From: Botryllus schlosseri
Lineage: Eukaryota
Direction of reading: 5' to 3'
Length of the DNA stretch: 64,000 nucleotides
Assembly: GCA_051294905.1 (NCBI GenBank)
Contig: CM119372.1
Span: forward strand, 1,612,001 to 1,676,000
Positions 25,901 to 38,600 of the stretch are shown here, one piece after another. Position 1 is the first letter of the stretch, and every line of letters begins with the position of its first letter. Both the position numbers and the translations under genes were made by a program. Below the pieces are notes generated by a model that ran no database searches, was not told where the DNA came from, and was given only the letters and a program-made list of their open reading frames with translations.

Positions 25901-28900
25901 ACTGCGAAAAGGGTAAGTATTTACACCCCTGTATCATCCGTGATATACGGGTGTGAATATACACCCATGGCACACGAAACCAGATCAAATCAGACTTATG
26001 CCGCGGTATAAATCGAGTACAACATTTTAATCTAAACGATGCATGTACGAATGTACGAAGGGTGGTATGCACGCATGCAAGCGGGATTTATGACCGCGAT
26101 ATAATTCTGAGTTAGGTTCTGTTTTTGCGTACCACCCTTTTCGGTGTGAATACACTCTCTTTCCGCCAAGAGTGTACGCCTGTGCGGGCAAATTTCAATC
26201 GACTTTCATTAAAATGCTACAAACTATCAAAAACCCATCGAATGTAGCCTGATTTAACGATAACGATAATGACTTAACCTTCAGACGAACAATGTTACAA
26301 CACAACGCAGTTGAAGATGTACGCTCGCTTCCATGCACCTTGTGGGGGATTCCTCAAGTCGAAGAAAATCACAAACGAACAAGAATGCATCAACGAGAAG
26401 TGCTGCTGGTTCGATGACTATCATTCGAGTTCGTTTTCGTACAAATAATCACCCAATCTCGCAATTAAAAGCGTTATTTCGTTCTATGTTGTGTCCGACA
26501 GTTCTGCGCAAAGCTCTGAAATTGGATAACCAGAAACCCAGCATGCTAAATCACGTTTACCCGATGCTTGGAATCAATATCGCCGGTGGAGCGAATTGCA
26601 TCGAGGCTTTGTCATATCGTCAAATCTCGAAAAGTAAGAAATTTAAACCCGAATATTTTGGGCAGGGTTGTAGTGACTCGAGTCATGACTCGACTCGACT
26701 CGAGTCGCGATTTTTTGGTGACTCTACTTGACTCGAGACATTTCTTCAAATGCGTAATATGACTCGACTCGACTCGAGTCAATTTACGTGTTGACTCGAC
26801 TTAGCATGACCCGAACCAAGTCATATGAGTCGTGACCAGGACGGCCAAGACAGTTATTTCATTGTAACTTCGAAGAATAGTAAAGTTACCACATTACAGT
26901 GGTATTTCTTCTATCGGTCCTGATACTTGGAAAATAGGACCAGAAACTGATAAGACTAAGGAAAATTTTTATATTATGAATGCGAGCCATTCTTTATCAC
27001 TCGAGCAGAGTTGAAAGAGTGGGTTGAATCGGTTTGAATTGAAAACTGAGCAGTGAACAGAATGACTTGGACTCCGGTCAAAACACCATGGCTTGGACTC
27101 GACCTTCTACTGGCTGACTTGGACTCGGACTTAACTTGGCGGTGAATTGAAAATGACCAGACTTGACTTGAGTCAAAACTACAAAAGTGAGATTGACTTG
27201 TGACTCGGAACCTTGTGACTTGGTTACATCCCTTATTTTAGGCCGCCAGGGGCAATCGTCAGGAACTAGTAAAGAATGGAAAAGAACATTGTATATCAAC
27301 AATCGTATCATCAAATATGACGCCATCTGCTTGAAAATTCGAGTGATTAAGGCGAACACATGGCTCAAGCTAGATGTACATTTTTAGATAATGCACGGAT
27401 TATGCTGTACAATCTTGATTAAGCATGGGTATTAGAAATCCTTTGAGTTGTAACAAGCATATATCCATACGTGGTCTAAGTTGTCATCGTTGGTAATCAA
27501 GTAGAAGCAGAAGGAAATTTCCACTATAAGAGTACATGTAGAGATAACAATTTCCAAGATACGTCAGTAATAGGCCTACTTCAGGTTGAAGTCAGAAAGT
27601 CAGAAAAGTACTCAAATAAAAAGTTTCAAAGAGTAAATTTGATCGACAATTAGAATATGGCATAACGGATCTATTCCATTACATCGATATGAAATATCTT
27701 GGCAACTTTAGCAAACGATTTCCGTTTCAGTTGGACAAATGTCTGCACTCAATTCGTATCGCGAAGACGCGGAACATTCCTCTTCGAGTTCGCCTCAGAT
27801 GCTCAATCTCTTCCTGGATCAGGACGACCCAGTCTCGACGCTGATGTCGTCAATGATGTTGCTGTCGGATGGCTCCCTGTCGCAAATGAGTAAGTTCGTA
27901 TATAATAGGGTTGCTACTGATAGGTGCATATGTGTTGCAAAGATGGACAACTAACAAATTCTCAGCTTTTTTGTAGTTGATTGGAATTAGAATCATATAT
28001 AACCCGATTTTACCAAATTAGAATAAAACCTGAATACATAATCCAATATTAGCAATGATACTATTAATAAATATTCCAATTTTTTAGAATAGAACTTGAA
28101 CGTGTACAAATCTACATCACGCTGATTCAATAATATTTTGGTACGATTGTAGCCTAGCTTACTGCTCTTAAAAAGGAGTGCATGCTGCACCCCAGCGAAC
28201 ACCAAAATATGCTTGCGGTGCACCAGTACGCAAGAATACACGTAGTACCCTAGCGCAGAATACGTATAAACACTAAGTGGTTACTAGTTCATTGGCCCTG
28301 GCAGCCAGGTACCAGTGATGACCTTTTTATTGGCTTCATCCCAATAAGGTTGAAGAGCGCTGACCTATCCTGTATAGCCTTGCTGTTTCAAGGGGCTACG
28401 TCCTTCAGATTGTAACCTCCAGAGTTGAATAGCAGAGCTGCTATTTGTTTTCTCCATTCCAATCGCCACTAAACTTCTGAATTGATTCAGGTCGCCCGAT
28501 GCTGTATAGTATGGCTCAATCAGAGGATGATTCCCGGGTCATTCTCCCCATGGTTTTCAACAAAATCCAAGAGGACAGCACGACGGCATCGTCTGCATCT
28601 CCAGCGGTATCGTCAAGATCCAGTTTAATGGGTCAGTGAGAGAAACGGGAAGACAGAGCTCTGTTCAGTGGCCACTGGTCATACATAATATTGCAGTATA
28701 TATATTTATATTTTACAATACTGTAACCAAATCACGAGGTTTCGAGTCACAAGTCATTCTTACTTTTATATTGTTGACTCGAGTCAAGTCCGCGTCCGAG
28801 GCGGGAATCATAGTGTTTAGACTCGAATTCGTAATCAAGTGATCGTATTTCGCTGTTCAGTTTCGAGTTCAAGACAAGTTCAATCCACTTTTTACGACTC

Positions 28901-31900
28901 TGCTTAGGTGTTATCTAACGCTTCAAATTCACAATATAGTACATGTCTTCACTTTTAACGATCTCAACCCTATTTTTCCAGTCCCAATACTGATACAGGA
29001 AATACGAATACTGAATAACCGGGTCTCGAGTCATATGACTTGGTATAGTCATGCGCAATGTCATGGTCAAATTGACTCAAGTCGACTCGATTCATTCTCC
29101 GTAATTAAAATCACGATTCGAGTCAAGTCGAGTCGCCAGAAAATCACGACTTGAGTTATTACAACCCTGTGTTTATGATGCTTCAGGTATTATGCCGGCG
29201 CTTCTGATGTTAGGAGCGAAAAATAATGATGACGAGGGTGATACGAAAAATGACTTTCTTCCTTTGATCATGGCCGCCATGTCCTCAAACGGTAACGTCG
29301 GGGCGAATGCAGGTATACGATTGGCAATCTACAGATGTAGGTCTATATTAAATACGGCCCAGAAGCTTAGAATTTAAAGCACCGATTTTCATTTACCTAG
29401 CTCTAGCTAATTTCCATCCATGTATTTTTAGACTTTGGAGTACGTCAGCTGGATAGCACCCAATAATCTTATTTCACCTCTTAGGCGGTATCGACCCACT
29501 TTATTTGGCAATGCTGAGTTCTGATGGTGGGTTGAGCGATCCTCTTCTACAAATGGCAATTCTTTCCATGAGAAACCGACCGCTCGTACCGTACGGAAAC
29601 GGGAGCCAAGCTCACAATCAACAAACGTGGGGCTCAGAGGAGCCCAACTATCAAAGCGCCGGACAATCCTCGGCAGAACAGCCACAGCAAAATCAAATGA
29701 GCGGACTCATTAGTAAGTGAATACTGTTATTGGGTTTATTTCAATATGAAAATATTTTGATTGTATATTGGATTTTTAAACGGAGAGAGAAGAGTGTTTT
29801 CATTTTTGCGTTCGAAGTGTTTCAAATCGATGTTACCGATAGTAAAATGTGAGATTACAGGCTTAATCAGTTCCATGTCGGAATGACTTGATATCTTTCA
29901 TTCTAACTACACCTCAGTTTATCCTACAAACTCAACATAATTACAAATAATTGTGCTACTCGAGTGGGAGTGGGAGTAAATCAATTAACTTCTTTTCAAT
30001 TACAAATAGATATCTCGATTCCAACACGTGCTCAGAATTCTTAGACGGGAAATCGCGAACAAAAGGCTTGAAAAGTACTCAAGTATAAGTGTAGTTTCAT
30101 AAACTATATTTAGTTACTTTGTAAATTTCAAGATTTAAAGATTCAAAATTTCTAATCAAAGTCACCAGAAATGGGTAGGTCTACATGCTTCGAAAATATA
30201 TTCAGTTACTGTGACACAGCGGCTATTTCACGCGGTTCCTATGACATTTTCGCTCATAGATATGGTGCAAAGTTAACTCAAAACTACTTTCTACTTTTCA
30301 AGATCCAAAGTGTCAAGTTGTTTTGGCTGTTCAAGCAACAGTAGAAGTACTTAAAAACAAACCCCTTCAGTAAGTAGTGAAAACAAGCAAACTATACTCC
30401 AGCTCCCCGAGAAAGTAGAAGCGCGTCGCTACCAATAACATTTCGGAATAATCCATAATAAGAATATCGATTCGGCGCAACATGACCATTGATGTCGACA
30501 CAGCACGAATATACGAAACAAAACCAAAAACTTTTCACTGTTTTACAGCCGCCCTGATGATGTCAAAATTCATGGGAGACGATTCCGACAGCGGGTCCTC
30601 GTTAAAAGACTTACTCCCCATCCTCCTGTCTCAATCCCAGGCATCCGGCGGTCAGATGTCTCCAGACCTCGCATACATGATACCCGCCCTTCTCTCTGGC
30701 GACAGCGACAATTCTAACAACGCCATGATGATGCAGATGCTGGCCAGTTCCGATATGAGCAGAAACCCTCAATTGATGACATTGCTTCTCTCAAACTCAG
30801 AAGGAGAATCGGATGAATCATCTATGATGCCTATGTTGATGTACGCGCTTTCGCAACAAGACCAAGCTTCGCAAGGTGGTAAAACAGACATGATGTCATG
30901 GATGCTTCCTATGCTACTCAATCGAAAGTCTTCTGAGAACAGCACCGACTCGCTTGAGCAATTACTACCAATAATTATGTCGATGCAAACTTCAAACTCC
31001 GATTCTCAATCACTTGCAATGCCCTTGCTGCTGAACAACCCATCTATGCTGTCTGATAACCCCAGCCTTTTAGCATCACTTTTTAGTAACCCCACCGCGC
31101 CAGAACAATCACCGTCTTCATCTGGATTGCCAGTTTCAGCCATGATGTCTCTTATGTCCGGAAAACCTTTGGATCCGTTCGCTTTACTTTCAATGACGGC
31201 TAGTAATACGCAAAGACCTAATGCGTTCGGACAGGGGCCGGGTTTATACCCGTCTGCAAACAATGGAAATCGTAATATATTCGGAAATTCTCCGCAAACG
31301 AACATTCCTCGTGAAATCAGAACGAATAACTTGGTAATGAATCCCGCAGTCCAATCTGTGCTCGGATCCGAAGGTAACTCGATGGATAAGCTGCTCATCA
31401 AGCTCTTGATGAAGTCTCAACAAGGAGGATCCGATTCTACAAACTCTATCTTTGGTCAGACCCAACAATCTCAATTCATGAATCAGCCGCAAAACCCGTC
31501 CGCTAACCCACAGTTCAACCCGCCGACGAATCCGTTTCAACCATCATCGTACAATTCACTTTCGGGACAAAGCCAACAGTCTCCGTTCCCCAATATGCCT
31601 GTAAACATGCCGGGTTTCTTTCCGAATACGAACAGGCCTTCGATTAATCCGAACGCGTTCCCGAACTTCGGACAAGTTTCGAACGATGTGACGACAGGAA
31701 TTCTCGTAGCGCCGCACGATAACGAACATTCTTACAACAAGGTGAGTGGTACTAAAATTGTGTGGGCCTATAACTGCCTACGATAAGATAGTATATGGTC
31801 GACGCAGAGGTGGTCAAAGTATATACTTTGCTATTGACCTCCACCGGTAACGACCTACAAGTCTACCCATTGCTGTTCTTGTATCGAGGGATGAAACTTT

Positions 31901-32855
31901 CGACAGACCGCAATACGTTCACAATCAGTGTGCTTCGGTGACTAATTGCTAAACGATTCCAATCATCTATACTTCCATGCAATCACTTTTAAATTGCGCC
32001 TTCTAGCTGTTACATAATTGGCAAATTTAATCATTGCCAACGTCCACACCAGTATAGCACTCGCCATATCATGCGTGTGAGCGGAGTCTTATGAAGGCCT
32101 TGAAGTGGGCCGTGGTTTAAGCCGGCAGCTACGGAATAAGAATGAAGAAAATTGGCCTGGTGTTAATGACCATAGTAGTCGACAGACACCATGAATACCA
32201 CAAATAACAACAGCCAGTATAGCAAATGGACTCCTCGAATTTGCTCATCGGTATACTATAACAAATTCATCCGTTATAGCAGTACGCTCTGATCTTATTA
32301 ATATGTGTTACACCATAATATTGTCAGTAAATAGGCATTTCTTAACCTGTACAAACCCGGAGAACCCCAAATTTCCCGCCTTGTCGCAAAGCAATAATCT
32401 ACCATACTACACATCAAATACATTACTTTGTGCACACAGTGAACTGCGCCGTGTGCACCAACAACAGTGATAAAAGAGCAAAACCATAAAACACGATTTT
32501 CACATGAAGAAAAAAGACGATGATGAATGTTCATTGTCCATTGCAAATCAGTGTGACTTCTGTTGTATGAGTTCGGGTGAGTCTTGACCTCCAGCGAACT
32601 CATGAGGCTACCTCATCAAACCCATGTTGAGAATCACCGCATTAAACATAGATAAGCGTTAAGCAATAATTCTGTACGTTTGAAACAAATTTCCAGGACG
32701 AACCAGATTGCATGATTCCGCCCGGAGCCGAGGAAGAATGTCAGCTAGACGATGTTCAAAGCCCGTTGATAACCGAACATTTGTGCAAAGAAAGAAAGTG
32801 CTGCTGGAACCCCGCCTCAACAATCGCATGCTACAAATCCGCTAGTCAATCTTGA
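19916..32855 (+). CDS. Secreted multi-trefoil (5 P-type domains) protein with Met/Ser/Leu/Pro-rich low-complexity region, ~1169 aa
   Basis: Signal peptide MRELVTKVLFLYGFFAVAFVGATA. Exons: 19916-20291, 21573-21760, 21988-22078, 22150-22238, 23606-23673, 24158-24263, 24421-24450 (identical copy at 24718-24747), 24894-25016, 25313-25397, 25776-25847, 26285-26428, 26502-26633, 27731-27889, 28491-28631, 29187-29312, 29485-29712, 30549-31741, 32697-32855. Sum 3510 nt, all phases compatible. Five C-C-C-CC(W/F)-C modules, e.g. CSAVPVVSRKSCGWYREITEGECIYRDCCWDPAAYGTTLQCY and C-terminal CMIPPGAEEECQLDDVQSPLITEHLCKERKCCWNPASTIACY. Confidence 0.85.
20990..21242 (+). repeat. 3' end of a LINE/SINE (AATAAA plus (TTGAA)n tail)
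   Basis: The same tail sequence (GTGCATGCCTC...GGTGGGTGTCTGA...TCGACACCTTCCTATCTTT...ATCGCAGTCTTGTG) recurs at ~17430-17617, ~44440-44600, ~50390-50520 (-) and ~53085-53220. Confidence 0.65.
23115..23529. mobile_element. hAT-type MITE family B
   Basis: Same TIRs as 346-787, in opposite orientation; perfect TSD gctgtgag. Confidence 0.9.
24192..24785 (+). repeat. Perfect 297-bp tandem duplication
   Basis: 24192-24488 is identical to 24489-24785. Confidence 0.95.
26663..27234. mobile_element. hAT-type MITE (GACTC repeats)
   Basis: CAGGGTTGTAGTGACTCG...GGTTACATCCCTT; TSD attttggg/attttagg. An inverted copy lies at ~28716-29169. Confidence 0.75.
28716..29169. mobile_element. Inverted copy of the 26663 MITE
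   Basis: Ends TTACAACCCTG; internal reverse-complement similarity to 26663-27234. Confidence 0.7.
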
Positions 32856-33059
32856 TCGCCGCCGATTGCCGAAGTGTTAACGTGATAGGAAGCGGCAATT
32901 TAACATTGCCGTCGATGTAAGGCTGATGTAAGGCCGCGGTGGAATTTCGCCATACGTTGTTGTCATTTGCGCTGCTGGGATAGATTTCCAGTGCTCTCAA
33001 ATCATATTTATTGACCTGATCGTGCAATTGATGAATCATACCTAGTAGATATGGACAAC

Positions 33060-33380
33060 TAAGTAATTCTTTTTGTCGAATTAGACTAATCAGATCGAAA
33101 TGTCAGTAATCTAATTTGTGAAATGTTTCTATGCTCTGATTTAAAATTTCAATCGAATTTCTGGAGTTTCCTGAAATGCTACAGGAGAACTGTATAATGC
33201 GAAACGAGCCAAGCTTGATGTACAGACATTTTTCATTCTCATGCTTATGAGAATACTCTAGGATATGATTTGAAGTGAACGTGGTATTTGTTGTATATCT
33301 TTCTAATGCGGAATTGAATTAAATTTCCAAGTTTTTGCAAATTCATACTAAATCTAATCTAATTTGGAAAAGTTGAATAT
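33060..33380. repeat. Representative of an AT-rich interspersed repeat (CTAAT/AATTC-rich)
   Basis: Related segments at ~990-1190, 11005-11200 (-), 23720-24050, 39330-39615, 49820-50050 (-) and 56830-57170 (-). Confidence 0.65.
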
Positions 33381-34060
33381 ACCCTAGTGTTCAACTCTGA
33401 TATTTACATCACAGTAAATTGTGATATAAGACTGCGCGGCCCAAAATATTGATCATATTGTGCGCCACATTATGTTCCAATCGCCCGCACATGACTGACG
33501 TTTTTATGACTCCCTACCCCTACTAACTTGTATCGCAATGGATGCCAAGTCATTCATGTTAACACCCATTCGATCCATCAAAACATTCCCAGCCATTCCT
33601 TGCCAAAGCCAGCTGCGTTAATATGGTGTTACTAACCGACTCAATTGAAACAACGACTTGAGGAAGAAAATTGTAAAATTATATCTTCGCTTATTGTTAT
33701 TTTTGTTTGCATTATTTCAACACGTTATTTAAAAATACATTCATCTTAATATATATTCGTGAAGCTTTGTGGGGATTTTGCAATAGATTATAGAAGATTA
33801 TTGAGGTATGACTGTGCCTGTGTTAGAAGTAGGGATGTTGAAAACGTTCTGTTCACATCGTGTTCGTCGTAAGAACTTTGTACATCGTACTATCACGCAT
33901 TCATTTAGAACTTAGCCAGTCAAATACACGATTAAGCTGGAAAGAAATGAAAGATAAAGTTAACCTAAATGTGCACTTGGCACTACATGCCACTCATGGT
34001 GATTTGAGAAAGGTTTTAGTCATGCGTGACGACATGAGACATACCATGCATGTTCTATAC

Positions 34061-34886
34061 CAGGGGTGGGCAAGGAAATTTGTGCGGCCGTGCACGGATT
34101 TTAACTTGCGCGTGTTGGCGGACGTCGACAGGCAAATTGAATTTTCGAATTGACTCCCGAATTTTCGAGATATTTTATTTATCATGATATTTTTTTCGCG
34201 CTACGCGTGATTCAATACTATGCCTAATTTTTCGATTTCAATATAGTATAGTGCCCTTGCAATCTGAGATCCACAGTACAGATGCGAACAGCAGAGGAAA
34301 ATGATGCGCCCCATATAGCAATACCAACTTGGAATCGTGCGCTTCTCACGAAAGAAATTTGTTTCTGGTACGTTTAGATGATTCCAATATATTTCCACTA
34401 TGGCCTACCGACAATCCTGATGGGAGATCGAAAAATAACATCATGCGACAAAGTGGCTAATAACAATTGGTCCACAGGAAGATGCATCATTATGTGCCCT
34501 AAATTTCGGAGCACACTACCTCCATCAAATTCATCAGTGAATCTGATCACATGGGCTGATAAAGTATAAATATTTGACGGTAACATGTAAATCTACGAAT
34601 AATAATGACGAAATTTATTTGTTGATCTGAAAAAATTTCCTAGCTTGGCGCGACGATAACGTGTCTCAGTAATCATTCAAAACATGGCCACTCGTAATTT
34701 CGGTGTGTATAGGAAGCCGATTAGAAAGTAGATTAGTCCGGAGTTCACCGGAAATGGACATTGACAGTTTAACATGGGTATTTGGCGCCTAGTTAGTTCG
34801 TCACGGCTTATGCACGGGAATGCGGCCGTATGCTACATAAGTATTCGAAATGCGGCCGTGAATAGCAAAGAGGTTACCAACCCCTG
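34061..34886. mobile_element. hAT-type MITE
   Basis: CAGGGGTGGGCAA...TTACCAACCCCTG; TSD ttctatac/ttctgtac. Confidence 0.8.
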
Positions 34887-35639
34887 TTCTGTACGGTGAA
34901 CATTTTAATGTAATAGTGGAAAATTCCTAGTTAGCAGATACAGTGCGCACATATTTCATATAATCAGCAGAGTACAAATCCCGTATGTCTTGCACAAACT
35001 ACAATCTGGTTAGTTGACTGTCGACTAACTACTGCTTTCTGAGTAGTTTCAGTTACACATTTTATTATATTAGTTGCCAAACAACTAGTAAACCTCGTTT
35101 TGTGTGAAAGTGAATCATGATACCGGTGTCCTGTTGTGTGATGTTCTTGTAGTCATTGCGAACCCAGAGTCATCACTGCTAACGGCGGCGTGGCTAGGGG
35201 TGGGTTTTGGGCGTCGAAAGCTATCTCATTTCGAAATCGAAACCCCGTAATGAGGTGCTTCGGAAATGAATAAAAATGGTAGTGTTTTAGTTAGCGAGTT
35301 GTGGATTTATTTAGGTCATTAGTTCTAGTTCTAGTGGTGAATTTTTAAACCCCGCTTGTTTATACAAGACTGCTATCAACTTTCGTAATCCTTTCAAGTT
35401 GGTTCGCTCCTGAAACATTTGGTGCTCCAACGGTACATACATGCGGTACATACATGCGGTATATAACGCACACGTTGTTCTGTCGTTCAATATCAGATAA
35501 CAAACAAGCGGATGTCGCGAAAGATTGGAGACCCTTAAGGGTATTTATTTGAATGTCACTACTCATAAAACGAAAATGTCGACTTGTCGAAAAACGAAAA
35601 TACTGAGTCGCAAGTTATTCACAACCGCACAGAGTTCTT

Positions 35640-38600
35640 TCAGGCAGGCATTACGTATCGTCCCAGGAAAAGGATGGATTTAGTATCCTTATGCACGATG
35701 TAGAACATGAACGGGTGGTTGCAAATGAAGGTCTGGTCCAGGCTTAAACTTCTGGTCATCGCTCCGATCGTTACGGCCGCGGCTTCAGTGCCTTCTTCGT
35801 TCACATCGATGAAAGCCTTGTGCAGGATGGTCGATATGAACATGCCTTTCGTATCTGTAAGGTATAATATTTTAGTGCATGTTGCATTTTCGGAGATACA
35901 TTCATGAATTCAGTTATGTAATAATTCCACTCCTCGACACGCCGCACAGTGTACAGTGCGATACACAAGACACGATGCGATATTATGAACAGAAAGGAGG
36001 ACGTCGAAACGAAGATAAAGCGTCCACTACAATACAAGTAAAACTACCAAAATACAGACACAAGCTGCGCCAAGATTTTCAAAAGTTTCTGTGTGGGGCA
36101 CACGTAGAAATCGGTGACTATGTTGTCATTATGTCATTATTTGTATTTGAGAGCTATGATGAATTACCGATCACAATGTTTTTCTTTTAATAAAATCAAC
36201 TTCTTTCGATAGAATTGGTGTCAATCCATTTCAAATATACGACAATTGCTCTTGATTCAGGGCGAATATAAAGATCAAGACATGTTAATAAGCATATTTC
36301 TCGTTAATGCATATTGAGCAATAATTCACCGGTACAGTTAAATGATAGAATTTCCCATCTTAAATACTATTTTTCGTCGAATTACAAATTTTATATTCCA
36401 ATAACTTCGCTTCTACTGGTCGGAATTGAACCAAATTTGTTATGTTTCGTTATTGTAGGTGAACCAACAATTTAATGGTGTTGCCACTAAAATTTAATAT
36501 CAGGTTATTTTGAACAACCCTACCGTCCACCGTTATAACATCCACCTCTATCCACGGCCAACTATACATAACGATGCATGTATAGTAGATTTTAAAAAAA
36601 AAACTAATATGCAGTTGCACTGACATGTCTTTAGTAAACTACATGACTTAAATTATTTTGTCTTTGAATTACGGCATCTGCGATGGAAATCATACTTCGC
36701 CATCGGACCCGCGTAAACTGTGTCTCACTATTAGCTTGCAACAAATGTGAGCAGTGCAATAGGATTCAGCCCATCAGGAATTACTATAAAGAACATCGGC
36801 CTGGTGTAAAATGGCAGATGCAGTCAAACCACCATTAATACCAAATCAACAACATACCAGTGAAATCAATACGATCACATTAACGCGAGTGTTATCGAGA
36901 ATGGTAGTTTGCGATATCTGCAGCATAGCAAAATACATTGCGTCTTATTTTGCAATGGCGTTTTGAGTTTCGATACGTCAGCTACCGCAGCGCCGTCGGC
37001 ATTTTGAATGTAAAGCTTATTACATTCGTGATGAGTCATCATGCCCAAACCAGAGCATATGCGCGAGGAATTTATCTACGATACCCTGTTTTTATCATAT
37101 ATATAAGCACGCTAAATCCAAACAGCTGTGACCTTTCGTTGGGAATTAATTCATATCATGATATTATGCCTCGCTATAGATTTTCACGGAAATCAAAAGT
37201 CGTATTCAACATGGTACGGAATAAATCTTGAGCAAGATACGGTGTGATTGATATGATACTTTGGTTGTTAGCCGTGAATAGACTATTTTAGGTACATAAT
37301 TTCCATATACACTTGAATACTATATTGATATTGAAATAAACCCGAATATTTTCGGCTGACACTCGTCAGGGGTAATCGTCAGTAGCTAGTAGAGAATCCG
37401 AAGGAACATTGTAAACAATCGTATCACCAATTAAGATGTTACATTCATGACGTGACGAGGTTACCTGAGGTGAATGTACTCAATTTATTTTTACCCAATG
37501 TATCATCTAAAAATAGTACTGCAGTATGGGCTACGTCACATATTTCATTATTTCGACACGGCTATAGAGATGGTCAGTAACTAATTACTTTTGCAGGGTA
37601 CTCAAGTAGGTATTCGCTATTTACATTACTTACTCGAGTGCTAATATTTGACCCTACTCCCGCTACTACTTGGATAGGTTTTGTTAGTAGTTTGGGATAA
37701 ATTTGCATAACATAGGAGTGAAATTGTCGTAAAGACCACAACGATGTCTACCGTGACCACATCTGGCTATAACTGATTAGACGTCGAAGACGTCAGATAG
37801 GCAAGGAGATTAGTGGAGATTAGATCAATTAGATCCGATAGGCATTTATAGTTTTGCGTAGAGGTAATTGAGTTCTCGCAAAATAGCGAATCCTGATCGA
37901 ATATGCCTACGAAAAGTGGTTTGCAAATATACAGATCCAAATATATATAATAACGTTATATGTGTACCTTATATTGGGCTGCATATTGTGTACCCTATAT
38001 TGGGCTGCATATTGAATAGTACAAGAAACCATAACCTCATGTCGTTAACTTCTAGATAACCGATGTAATAAGGTGAATGCAGTACGGAATGTATTTTAAC
38101 TACTTTGTTTAAAGAGCTTCCTGAACGTACATAACTTCAATTAACAATCGAATAGTATATTCATATTGAAATGAACCTGAATATTTTCAGCTGACACTGG
38201 CCAGGAATAATCGTCAGCAACTAGTAGAGAATTGGCGAAAATATTGTATATCAACAATCGTATCGCGTCAGCCAAAAATATTCGGGTTCATTTTAATGTG
38301 AATATACTGTTCAATTGCATTTAGTTTGTGTGTCTATGTCAATTTATGTTAATTTAAATCAGCAGTGTGGAGTTAAAATGCCTTGTAATTCTGAGGTTTT
38401 GTACCATAAACGGGCTCGTTTAATAACGAATATCGGGTATGTCGTTATTCACATACAGTGTTCTACGGTAGTGGATTGTAAAGTCATTTTCTTAGCATCA
38501 ATTACGCCCCTACAATCATTGAAAGTTCAGCCTCAATAGGCTCGAATTTCAAGCGTGTGTCCGAGTCAGCAATCGGTAAGAAGGACGATTACGGTCGATT

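Noticed and set aside
31006..31540. Minus-strand ORFs of 131 and 98 aa
   Set aside because: They are antisense shadows of the long coding exon.
30482..31786. Stand-alone 434-aa gene
   Set aside because: It is bounded by an acceptor (30548) and a donor (31742) in phases matching neighbouring exons, so it is an internal exon of the trefoil gene.
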